A stretch of DNA of 32,000 bases, taken from contig CP178758.1 of assembly GCA_047651235.1 (NCBI GenBank), forward strand, positions 1,140,001 through 1,172,000, read 5' to 3'. The stretch comes from Candidatus Electrothrix yaqonensis. Lineage in GTDB: Bacteria > Desulfobacterota > Desulfobulbia > Desulfobulbales > Desulfobulbaceae. Positions 17,265 through 25,639 of the stretch are shown here, one piece after another (positions within the stretch are counted from its first letter, which is position 1; every line of letters begins with the position of its first letter). The notes below the pieces were generated by a model. The model did no database searches, was not told the DNA's origin, and was given only the letters and a program-made list of their open reading frames with translations. The position numbers and the translations under genes are program-made.

Positions 17265-18435
17265 GTGCGTGCCGAAAAAAAGAAAAAAGAAAACCGTCCT
17301 CCGAACCCAGGGCTGTTCAGTTCTATAAGAGCTTGTATTTTCAAGACGTATGCAGTAATTGATACAGAAAAACTTTACACGAGGATTCTGCATGCTGTTT
17401 TTTTGCTGAACACAATCAAAGATCATCGACGCGGGCAGGGCCGGCGATATGAGCTTACGCATATTCTTCTGTTTTCGATCATGGCGATCCTGAGCGGTTC
17501 GGATTCTTATCGCAAAATCCATCTGTTCGTTGATGCGCATCGTGAAAGGCTCAATGAATATTTCGGCCTGGACTGGAAAAAAGCTCCTGCATATACAACG
17601 ATCCGCACTGTCATTCTGAATACTTCCGGTTCGGAACTTGAGCGGATTTTCAGGGAGCACGGCAAAGCTCTCGCGGAAGAGGAACCGGACGGAGAATTTA
17701 TTCGTTGCGACGGCAAAACTCTCCGGGGAAGTCTCGATAACATGAAGGATATTAATCAGCTTCAGATATTGAGTGCTTTTGCTGGCGACCGCGCCGTCGT
17801 TCTCGGCCATGAAGAAATCAGGGAGAAAAGCAATGAAATCCCGGCGGCGCGGAAACTGATGAAAGAACTCGGTTTATCCGACCGCATTTTTACCTTCGAC
17901 GCCCTTCATTGTCAGAAAAAAACTCTTCAGGCCGCCGCTGAAACGGGAAACGATGTGATTGCTCAGGTTAAAAAAAATCAGAAAACTCTCCTGAACGACT
18001 GTGAAAATATCGCGAATACGTCTGTTCCTGATGATGTTTTCACGGAGCCTTTTGAAAAAAAAACGAAACCGTATAGAGAGTCGCAAAGTGGAAGTTTTTA
18101 TCAGAATCGATCGATTTCGTCAGGTGTTTGATACAAAGAAGAAAAAATGGAAAAACACTCATGAGACATCCTTTTATGTTTCAACAGCCGGTTCGGACGC
18201 TGAAGAAATATGTCAGGGAATCCTGGGGCATTGGCGGATCGAGAATGGAAATCATTATGTTCGGGATGTTTCTATGGGCGAAGACCGCTCCCGAATTCGT
18301 TGCAATCCGCACATATTTGCGAAACTGAGAAGCTTTGCTCTCAATATTCTTCGTAAGAACAAGGTGAAAAATGTCAGCCGGGAGCTTTTCAGGAACTGTA
18401 TGGATTTCAATGTATTATGGGCTGAAAGTCCATAG
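17265..18435 (+). pseudogene. ISAs1-family transposase, split by a +1 frameshift in an A9 run
   Basis: ORF1 has IKDHRRGQGRRYELTHILLFSIMAILSG...IRCDGKTLRGS...FTFDALHCQKKT. After the A9 run at 18055-18063, the +1 frame continues KKRNRIESRKVEVF...GHWRIENGNHYVRDVSMGEDRSRIR. GGAGG lies 4 nt before the GTG at 17265. Confidence 0.8.
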
Positions 18436-18439
18436 AATG

Positions 18440-19010
18440 AAAGGCAACTGAAAGTCGCTATTTCGGCTAAAGCCGATTAAAACCGCTGACTAAAGTCAGT
18501 GTGTAACGACTGAAAGTCGTTATTCTATTTTAAATCGTCATTATTATGATTTGGGTCATTTCTGTGATTTTCAATATAATTCCGTATCATTTCATCAGTA
18601 ACGTGTCCGGAACTCAAAGCAACGCAGCCAATACCCCAAAAATGTTTTCCCCAGTATCTTCTGGACAGTTGAGGAAATTCTTCCTGAATCTTTTTTGAAG
18701 AGCGACCCTTGAAAAATCGCACCATTTCACTCACGGATATTTTGGGAGGATATGACACATAGATATGGACATGATCCTGACTGATATTCCCTTTGATAAT
18801 TTGAATATCTTTCGAATCACATATTCGGCGTATTATCTCTCTGATTCGAATACTTATATCTTTACTTAACACTTTGTAACGATATTTTGTTATCCAAATC
18901 AGGTGAACTTTCAAGTCATGTACGTTGTACGATGATTTTCTATAAGGCCTCATAAATGAGAGTCTACTAAAAGTCTTGGACTAAAGTCCATAGTTTTGAC
19001 TATCGATTGA
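18440..19010 (-). mobile_element. IS200/IS605-family element (approximate ends) carrying tnpA and flanking hairpins
   Basis: tnpA is flanked by short stem-loops at 18463-18476, 18486-18499 and 18504-18522, and at 18977-18990. The exact termini cannot be fixed from one copy. Confidence 0.4.
18525..18953 (-). CDS. tnpA: IS200/IS605-family Y1 (HUH) transposase TnpA
   Basis: 142 aa. HLIWITKYRYKVL, HUH motif QDHVHIYVS, and catalytic Tyr context EMIRNYIENH. Confidence 0.9.
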   Translation of the reverse strand: MRPYRKSSYNVHDLKVHLIWITKYRYKVLSKDISIRIREIIRRICDSKDIQIIKGNISQDHVHIYVSYPPKISVSEMVRFFKGRSSKKIQEEFPQLSRRYWGKHFWGIGCVALSSGHVTDEMIRNYIENHRNDPNHNNDDLK

Positions 19011-19022
19011 AACAATAAAGGC

Positions 19023-19229
19023 TTGGGCAGCAAGGAAGGTATAGCGATCCAGTATGGTAATCTGGGCCTTGTATATCAGAAACGTAAGGATATTGAGCAG
19101 GCGGAATCTTTATTGCAGAAGAGTCTGAGTCTATATCAGGAAATGAGGGCAATGGGGCACCCCGGTGCCAAGGAGGTGCAGCAGGCACTAAATGAGCTGG
19201 CCGAACAGTGCAGCACCACTACCCAATAA
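19023..19229 (+). pseudogene. C-terminal fragment of a TPR-repeat protein, 5' part lost at the IS insertion
   Basis: LGSKEGIAIQYGNLGLVYQKRKDIEQAESLLQKSLSLYQEMRAMGHP is a TPR_12-like repeat. The frame is open only from 19011. There is no plausible N-terminus, and the fragment directly abuts the IS200 end. Confidence 0.55.
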
Positions 19230-19330
19230 GCTCAGGGTCATCCCTCGCCTCAGTTTTTTCTATCTTCCTCGCCGACCTTCGCCGAAGCTCCTGCTCCGGC
19301 AACAATCCCGTTAACCTTTTTTCATAACGC

Positions 19331-20335
19331 ATGACATCCGTATCAGATACCCGAAAAACCAAAACCACCCTTTCCCTCAAGGCCCCGGCCAAGATCAACC
19401 TCTCCCTGAGAATCCTCGGCAGACGGGAGGACGGCTATCATGAGCTGGAGACCCTGATGCAGAAGATCGCCCTGCACGATGAGCTGCAGCTGACCCTCAC
19501 TGCAGAGCCGGGAGTGCGCCTGCGTTGTCCCGGCGCGGACTTGCCGGAGAATGAGGATAATATTATTGTCCGGGCTGCGCAGCTCTTTCTGACCCGGACC
19601 GGCAACAGCAAACAGGGTATCCATATCACCCTGAAAAAGAATATCCCAGTAGCTGCCGGGCTGGGCGGCGGTTCCAGTGATGCAGCCGCTGTCCTGAAAG
19701 GGCTGAACCAGCTGCTGAAGCCTTCCAGCTCATCCTGTTCAGTGGAGGAGCTGGCCGATATGGGACTGGAGCTCGGTGCGGACGTGCCGCTGTTTGTCTA
19801 TGATTTTCCGGCGGCCCGGGCAACAGGGATCGGAGAACGGCTGGAACCTGCTGCTCCCCTGTGCGGTTATCAGGTGCTGCTGGTGAATCCGGGGATTGCT
19901 GTTTCTACCCGCTGGGCCTATACGGCTTTTTCTTCAGCAGCCTTTTCCTCGGCAGGGGAAAAAATTGCGTTGACAGGACAGGGAAAAGCGTTTACTTTAT
20001 CCTGCTCTGCAGACGGCAGAAATAACCCATCCTCAGACGGTTCCCCGGAGCAGCACAGCTTTCATCCTGATGACCTGTACAATGACCTGGAACCCGTGAC
20101 TGCGGAACGATATCCTGTTATCCGCGCCCTGAAGGAGCGGCTGCTTGCGGCAGGAGCTGCCGGAGCAATGATGTCCGGTTCCGGCTCCACCGTCTTCGGC
20201 CTTTTTCAGGACACGGACGAAGAGCAGGCTGAAAAATGCTGCCGTCAATGCAGCAGAGAATACGAACAGGTCTATCTCGTCCTGCCTCTCGACGCTCCGG
20301 AAGGCGGCTGTGTTCCTGCGCACCAGGACAAATAG
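19331..20335 (+). CDS. ispE: 4-diphosphocytidyl-2-C-methyl-D-erythritol kinase
   Basis: KAPAKINLSLRILGRREDGYHEL, GHMP kinase motif PVAAGLGGGSSDAAA, and C-terminal MSGSGSTVFGLF. Conserved ispE-tRNA-Gln-prs context. Confidence 0.85.
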   Translation: MTSVSDTRKTKTTLSLKAPAKINLSLRILGRREDGYHELETLMQKIALHDELQLTLTAEPGVRLRCPGADLPENEDNIIVRAAQLFLTRTGNSKQGIHITLKKNIPVAAGLGGGSSDAAAVLKGLNQLLKPSSSSCSVEELADMGLELGADVPLFVYDFPAARATGIGERLEPAAPLCGYQVLLVNPGIAVSTRWAYTAFSSAAFSSAGEKIALTGQGKAFTLSCSADGRNNPSSDGSPEQHSFHPDDLYNDLEPVTAERYPVIRALKERLLAAGAAGAMMSGSGSTVFGLFQDTDEEQAEKCCRQCSREYEQVYLVLPLDAPEGGCVPAHQDK

Positions 20336-20355
20336 AAAAAAAGACAAGAACGGCA

Positions 20356-20430
20356 TGGGGCGTCGTCAAGCGGTAAGACACAAGGTTTTGATCCTTGCAT
20401 TCGGGGGTTCGAATCCCTCCGCCCCAGCCA
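20356..20430 (+). tRNA. tRNA-Gln (anticodon UUG), CCA encoded
   Basis: Acceptor stem TGGGGCG/CGCCCCA. Anticodon stem CAAGG/CCTTG with loop TTTTGAT. T-arm GGGGGTTCGAATCCCTC. Close to the E. coli tRNA-Gln sequence as I recall it. Confidence 0.9.
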
Positions 20431-20489
20431 TTTTCCATTTTCCGCTGCTCAGGTATTGACGACAAGAGGCGACGATACGAGGCCCTGAA

Positions 20490-21428
20490 ATGCCCAATAT
20501 AATGAAGGTGTTCACCGGTAACGCCAACCCGGAGATCGCTCAGGAAATATGTAACTATCTGGACATGCCCCTGTCCCAGGCTGATGTGAAGGCATTCAGC
20601 GACGGAGAGATTTCCGTTGACATTGGCGAAAATGTGCGGGGAACAGATGTCTTTGTTATTCAGCCTACCTGCACGCCGGTCAATGACCATCTGATGGAGC
20701 TGGTGATCATGGTTGACGCCCTGCGTAGGGCCTCAGCTAGGCGTATCACAGCGGTCCTACCCTATTACGGCTATGCCCGTCAGGACCGGAAGGTCCGCCC
20801 TAGGGTTCCCATCACGGCCAAAGCAGTTGCCGAGATGCTTATGGCTGTAGGTACCAGACGGGTTCTCTGCATGGATCTCCATGCCGGGCAGATCCAGGGG
20901 TTCTTCAACATTCCGGTGGATCACCTCTATTCCGCTCCGATTATGTTGAAGCATATCCGGCGGAATTTTGAAGACGTGGTCATGGTTTCACCAGATGCAG
21001 GCGGGGTGGAGCGGACCAGAGCCTTTGCCAAACGTCTGAATGCGGACCTTGCCATTATTGACAAGCGCCGCGAACGGGCCAATGAATGCAAGGCCATGAA
21101 TGTTATCGGCGATGTCAGCGGCAAGACCGCCATTCTGCTTGATGATATGGTGGATACTGCCGGGACCCTGTGCGGTGCTGCAGCCAGATTGAAAGAGAAA
21201 GGGGCAAAAGAGGTGCATGCCTGCTGCTCTCATGCCGTGCTTTCCGGCCCGGCCATTGACCGGATCAATAATTCGCAGATAAAATCCCTGGTGGTGACCA
21301 ATTCCATTCCCCTTGGCGACAAAGGTGATCGGTGCGACAGAATTACAGTGCTGTCCGTGGGTGAGCTGCTCGGTGAAGCGATCAGCCGCATTCATTCGGA
21401 AGACTCGGTCAGCTACCTCTTTGTGTAG
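20490..21428 (+). CDS. prs: Ribose-phosphate pyrophosphokinase
   Basis: 312 aa. [24 protein letters not shown], and PRPP-binding loop [12 protein letters not shown]. Confidence 0.95.
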   Translation: MPNIMKVFTGNANPEIAQEICNYLDMPLSQADVKAFSDGEISVDIGENVRGTDVFVIQPTCTPVNDHLMELVIMVDALRRASARRITAVLPYYGYARQDRKVRPRVPITAKAVAEMLMAVGTRRVLCMDLHAGQIQGFFNIPVDHLYSAPIMLKHIRRNFEDVVMVSPDAGGVERTRAFAKRLNADLAIIDKRRERANECKAMNVIGDVSGKTAILLDDMVDTAGTLCGAAARLKEKGAKEVHACCSHAVLSGPAIDRINNSQIKSLVVTNSIPLGDKGDRCDRITVLSVGELLGEAISRIHSEDSVSYLFV

Positions 21429-21515
21429 CCTCTGAAGACCGACCGCTGTACGTTCTCCGGTTGCGGCAAAATATTTCAGAACATTAATTTGGACAGATAA
21501 CGAAAGAGGATTAAT

Positions 21516-22073
21516 ATGATTCAGGTTGATATTCCGGCTTCTGTACGGACAGTTTTCGGAAAAGGTGAATCACGGCGCCTGCGGCAGGACCAAAAGACAC
21601 CGGGCGTGGTCTACAGCAAAGGCCAAGATGCGCTTGCGGTGCAGTTTGACGAAGGTATCCTGTACAAAGACCTGCTGTTTATTCACGGCCGCAATGCCGT
21701 TGTCACCTTAAAGGTGGACGGGGACTCTGCAGATCAACGCCATGTGCTTGTTCAGGAAATCCAGAAACATCCTGTAATAGAAAGGGTGCTGCATGTGGAT
21801 ATGCTGGAGATAGACCTTGACAAAACCTTGGAATTCAAGGTTCCCCTGCAGCTAAAAGGAACGGCAAAAGGCGTGGATATGGGCGGCGAAATGTCCGTGT
21901 TCAAGGACTCGGTTGTCCTGCGCGGTCGGCCTCTGGATATTCCGGATGAAATTGTGGCTGATATCACACCGCTGGAACGCGGCGGCAAAAGCCTGAGCTG
22001 TGCAGATCTGGCCATTCCGGAGAACGTGGAGATGCTGGACGATCCTGCGGTTACCTGTGCCTCTGTTGAGTAG
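21516..22073 (+). CDS. rplY: 50S ribosomal protein L25 / general stress protein Ctc
   Basis: 185 aa. N-terminal R..GKG.SRRLR...PGVVY motif, and the two-domain Ctc length. Conserved prs-ctc-pth order. Confidence 0.9.
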   Translation: MIQVDIPASVRTVFGKGESRRLRQDQKTPGVVYSKGQDALAVQFDEGILYKDLLFIHGRNAVVTLKVDGDSADQRHVLVQEIQKHPVIERVLHVDMLEIDLDKTLEFKVPLQLKGTAKGVDMGGEMSVFKDSVVLRGRPLDIPDEIVADITPLERGGKSLSCADLAIPENVEMLDDPAVTCASVE

Positions 22074-22114
22074 GGTTACTGCACCGGGCAGGAACCCTAC
22101 TTTCTCCGCACAAC

Positions 22115-22153
22115 AAAACCGAAGGAGCGGCCGCCGTTCTTTCGGTTTTTTTT
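22115..22153 (+). terminator. Rho-independent terminator after rplY
   Basis: AAAACCGAAGGAGCGG / CCGCCGTTCTTTCGGTTTT gives a stem of about 12 bp (including G-U pairs), followed by a T8 run. Confidence 0.7.
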
Positions 22154-22184
22154 CTGCAGTTTGAGCAAAAAGACATTTTTTGCA

Positions 22185-22781
22185 ATGGATGATTCCCCCT
22201 ACCTGATTGCTGGTCTGGGTAATCCCGGCCCTCAGTATGAGCTGACCCGCCATAACGCCGGATTTCTCGCGCTGGATTATTTTGCCGATCAGCACGACTG
22301 CACTGTGCAGAATGAAAAATGGCAGGGACTGCACGGGTCGGGGCGTCTGGGGAGACAGCGGCTTCTCCTGCTTAAGCCGCAGACCTTTATGAACAAATCA
22401 GGTGAATGCGTGGCCCGTTTTGCTGATTTTCACCGCATTGATCCGACCGGAATTCTGATCATCCATGACGACCTGGACCTGCCGCCCGGCAGAATCAAGG
22501 TCTCTGCCGGAGGCGGACCCGGCGGACATAACGGGATACGCTCCGTAATCCGCCATCTCGGTACCCCGGAATTCGCCCGCCTCAAAATCGGCATCGGCCG
22601 CCCGGCCCGGAATGACCAGGGCCAGGGTATCCCTGTTGACCGCTATGTCCTGAGCCGTTTTTCCGACCAGGAGCTTGCCCTGTTCAATGACCGCCTTCCT
22701 CTGGTGGACGAAGCCGTTGAATTGTTCATCAGTCAGGGCGTGGACAAGTGCATGAACATGGTCAACGGACGTTCGTCGTAA
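22185..22781 (+). CDS. pth: Peptidyl-tRNA hydrolase
   Basis: MDDSPYLIAGLGNPGPQYELTRHNAGF is the canonical Pth N-terminus, followed by HDDLDLPPGRIK and GGHNGIRS. I prefer ATG 22185 over the listed TTG 22161, which sits in the terminator T-tail. Confidence 0.9.
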   Translation: MDDSPYLIAGLGNPGPQYELTRHNAGFLALDYFADQHDCTVQNEKWQGLHGSGRLGRQRLLLLKPQTFMNKSGECVARFADFHRIDPTGILIIHDDLDLPPGRIKVSAGGGPGGHNGIRSVIRHLGTPEFARLKIGIGRPARNDQGQGIPVDRYVLSRFSDQELALFNDRLPLVDEAVELFISQGVDKCMNMVNGRSS

Positions 22782-22845
22782 GCCGCCTTCCGCAGAGTTC
22801 ACCGTCAGAGTCTGTCCCGACATCAGCAGGATGCTTTTCCCTGCT

Positions 22846-22879
22846 TTGCTAAAAATGAAAAAATATGTTATAGTATAAT
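22846..22879 (+). promoter_or_regulatory. Candidate sigma70 promoter for carD/cdnL
   Basis: TTGCTA (22846-22851), N17, TATAGT (22869-22874), with an overlapping TATAAT at 22874-22879. About 85 nt upstream of the start. Confidence 0.45.
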
Positions 22880-22961
22880 TCTATGCCTTACGGCTTTTAC
22901 TACAATTTACCTATAAATTGTTGTCATCCGGGGTTTTTTATAAAAGGTCAAGGAGGGAGCA

Positions 22962-23441
22962 ATGTTTACAACAGGTGATATGGCGGTGTATCCTTCACAT
23001 GGTGTCGGTCAGATCGAAGATATTGAAATGCAGAGCATCGGCGGAATCGATCAGGCGTTTTATATTCTGAAAATTCTGGACAGCGACATGACGATCATGA
23101 TTCCTACTGCCACCAGTGACAATGTCGGGCTCAGGCCCATTATTACCAAAAAAGATGTAAAAAAAGTCGTTGATATTCTGAAAGACCGTGAAGCCAAGCT
23201 CACTTCCCGGACCTGGAACAGACGCTACCGTGATTACATGGAGAAGATCAAGACCGGTTCTGTTTATGAAGTTGCTGCAGTACTGCGTGATCTGCTTCTG
23301 CTCAAAGGAGACAAGGACCTGTCCTACGGCGAACGAAAAATGATGGATACGGCCAAGAACCTCCTGATCAAGGAAATGTCCCTTGCTGGGGAGATGGATG
23401 AAGAAAAAATGGCGCAGCAGATTGACGGCCTGTTTGTCTGA
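22962..23441 (+). CDS. carD: CarD/CdnL family transcriptional regulator
   Basis: 159 aa. FTTGDMAVYPSHGVGQIEDIE...FYILKI (CarD_CdnL_TRCF N-terminal domain). GGAGGGAG Shine-Dalgarno sequence upstream. Confidence 0.9.
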   Translation: MFTTGDMAVYPSHGVGQIEDIEMQSIGGIDQAFYILKILDSDMTIMIPTATSDNVGLRPIITKKDVKKVVDILKDREAKLTSRTWNRRYRDYMEKIKTGSVYEVAAVLRDLLLLKGDKDLSYGERKMMDTAKNLLIKEMSLAGEMDEEKMAQQIDGLFV

Positions 23442-23452
23442 CGGCCAACGCC

Positions 23453-24430
23453 TTGTCCGGTTCTTCTGTTCTACTGTATCCGGTCCAGCCGCCGGAAAGC
23501 AGGATGCGGCTGGATCATTATCTGGCCCTCCGCCTTCCTGATTATTCCCGTTCCAGTCTCGGCAGGTATATACGATCCTCGCATATTCTGGTCAACAACA
23601 GAGCTGTCAAGCCCGGTTACCGGCTGCGGACCGGGGATGATGTTCAGGTCAACCTTCCGGCCTTTCCTGATGCTGCTGATACTGCGGGCAGACCGGCAGC
23701 CCAGCCGGTGGAGTTTGAGGTGCTGTATGAAGACCGGGACTTGGTGGTGATCAACAAACCTCCGGGGCTGGTTGTGCATCCGGCTGCCGGACATACTGAC
23801 CGCACCCTGGTCAACGGACTGCTTCACCGGTATCAGGACATAGCTGCTCTGGAGGGCGACAGGCCGGGTATTGTCCACCGGCTGGACAGAAATACCTCGG
23901 GTATCATGCTGGCAGCCAGAACAGAAAGAATGCAGCAGTTGCTGGCAGCCGCCTTTAAAGACCGAAAAATCCGCAAGACCTATCATGCCCTGCTCCTGCA
24001 CACCCCGAAAGAAGCAAACGGACGAATCGTCGCGCCCATAGGAAGACACCCGGTACACCGGAAAAAAATGAGTATCCGCCCGGAAGGCCGCTATGCTGCA
24101 ACCTGCTGGCAGGTTCTGGAACTCTTTGCAAACAGCCTTTGTTTTGCGGAAATCAGGATAGAAACAGGACGCACCCACCAGATCCGAGTGCATATGGCCT
24201 CGCTCAAGGCCCCTGTGGCCGGAGATACCCTGTACGGCGGCAAACCGGACAGCAGTGCGGGAATAAAGGCGGAACGGCAGCTGCTTCATGCCTCCTCGCT
24301 TGCTTTTGTGCATCCGTCAACGCAGCAGGAATGCCTGTTCACTGCACCGCTGTGGCCGGATATGGAACAGGCCTTGGCCTGTCTGCGGGAACGACACAGG
24401 GCCGGTCAGCAACCAACAGTGGTAAAGTAA
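23453..24430 (+). CDS. rluD: RluA-family 23S rRNA pseudouridine synthase (RluD-like)
   Basis: S4 domain (RLDHYLA...), catalytic motif HRLDRNTSGIML, and GRTHQIRVH. The start is uncertain: TTG 23453 or ATG 23504. Confidence 0.85.
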   Translation: MSGSSVLLYPVQPPESRMRLDHYLALRLPDYSRSSLGRYIRSSHILVNNRAVKPGYRLRTGDDVQVNLPAFPDAADTAGRPAAQPVEFEVLYEDRDLVVINKPPGLVVHPAAGHTDRTLVNGLLHRYQDIAALEGDRPGIVHRLDRNTSGIMLAARTERMQQLLAAAFKDRKIRKTYHALLLHTPKEANGRIVAPIGRHPVHRKKMSIRPEGRYAATCWQVLELFANSLCFAEIRIETGRTHQIRVHMASLKAPVAGDTLYGGKPDSSAGIKAERQLLHASSLAFVHPSTQQECLFTAPLWPDMEQALACLRERHRAGQQPTVVK

Positions 24431-24441
24431 AATAATCTGAC

Positions 24442-25050
24442 GTGCATTCGGCCAGAAGCAAACCGTATCTTATTGGGATAACTGGAGGTATAGGTTCCGG
24501 CAAGACTATGATCTGTCAGTTCTTGGCTGATGCATACAGTACACCGGTTATTTCTCTGGATGCAATCTGCAGGGAGCTGCTGCATCCCGGCAATTCCGGC
24601 TGGTCCGGCCTGAAGACTCTCCTGTCAGATGATTTTTTCATCAGTTCCGGTGAAGTTGACCGAGGACGCTTCCGGCAGGCTCTTTTTTCCGATGCGGCTC
24701 TGCGCATCCGGGTTGATGCGTTGCTCCATCCCCTTGCCCGCCAGGAAATGGAAAAACAGGCGGCTGCGGTCAGCGGGCCGGTACTGGCTGAAATACCGCT
24801 TCTCTTTGAAGCAGGCTGGCAGGACGCTGTGCAGCAGATTATCGTGGTTTATGCCGATTTATCTGTGCGTCTGCAGCGGATTATGCAGCGGGACAGGGTT
24901 AGCGAGGAACAGGCCCGGCAGGCCATTGCCGCGCAGCAGAGCCTTGCCGAAAAAGCAGCGGTTGTCGATTATGTTATCGATAATTCAGGGAATTTGCTGG
25001 ATACTTGTATCTTGGCACGGCAGCTCGCTGCTGAACTCGGTCTGGCCTGA
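24442..25050 (+). CDS. coaE: Dephospho-CoA kinase
   Basis: 202 aa. P-loop IGITGGIGSGKT. GTG start. Confidence 0.85.
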   Translation: MHSARSKPYLIGITGGIGSGKTMICQFLADAYSTPVISLDAICRELLHPGNSGWSGLKTLLSDDFFISSGEVDRGRFRQALFSDAALRIRVDALLHPLARQEMEKQAAAVSGPVLAEIPLLFEAGWQDAVQQIIVVYADLSVRLQRIMQRDRVSEEQARQAIAAQQSLAEKAAVVDYVIDNSGNLLDTCILARQLAAELGLA

Positions 25051-25102
25051 AACTGACCTTTTCTGATTTTTCCCTGCATCCGGAATATTCCAGCAAAAAA
25101 TC

Positions 25103-25131
25103 TTGACAAAGCCATGCAAAGCGAATAAATA
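25103..25131 (+). promoter_or_regulatory. Candidate sigma70 promoter for rho
   Basis: TTGACA (25103-25108), N17, TAAATA (25126-25131). It would give a leader of about 500 nt. Confidence 0.35.
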
Positions 25132-25639
25132 ATAGTAACACATATCAAATTTATCCGTTATATTCGTTCAGCCGCTCTGCGCAGTCCGTATTCCACAGCC
25201 TGATATTCCATTATACAACGTCACTGTCTCCTATTATCTGTCTTTTCAGCAACAGATCGGATCAATCAACAACCGCCTGTAAACAACACCATTCTCCTGC
25301 TCTCATTATAACAATATATAACAATAGCTTCAAAGGCTCCGAATTTACCCTGTCCTGTTTTAAAAAAAATAAAGCGGTTGTCTCCAGCAGTACCGACACC
25401 GCTATCTGCAGAATTTTATAACCACCCGTAGATACGCAGATAACCTGACAACAACACAAATCGATGGATCAGAAAGTTTGATTTACTCTTTCGACACACT
25501 ACAGTATCTCCGGCAATGCATTCCGCAGTGCCTTCGCAGCAGAGACCGGATGATCTATTCCTATTTAATAACAGAGAATTTCTGACATAATATTGTTCCG
25601 TAACCCTTTACCTGCCCCCTGAGGAGGAAGAATCCGTTG

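Noticed and set aside
18440-18525. The tandem hairpins considered as a possible CRISPR-like array
   Set aside because: The units are 14-19 nt palindromes with irregular short spacing and no unique spacers. They flank an IS200 tnpA, and no cas genes are present.
23471-24313. 280-aa minus-strand ORF inside rluD. Similar long antisense ORFs occur at 20118-20690, 27442-28209, 28679-29209 and 29737-30888.
   Set aside because: Each is antisense to a well-supported housekeeping or membrane-protein gene and is Arg/Gly/Pro-rich, as expected for shadow frames in moderately GC-rich coding DNA.
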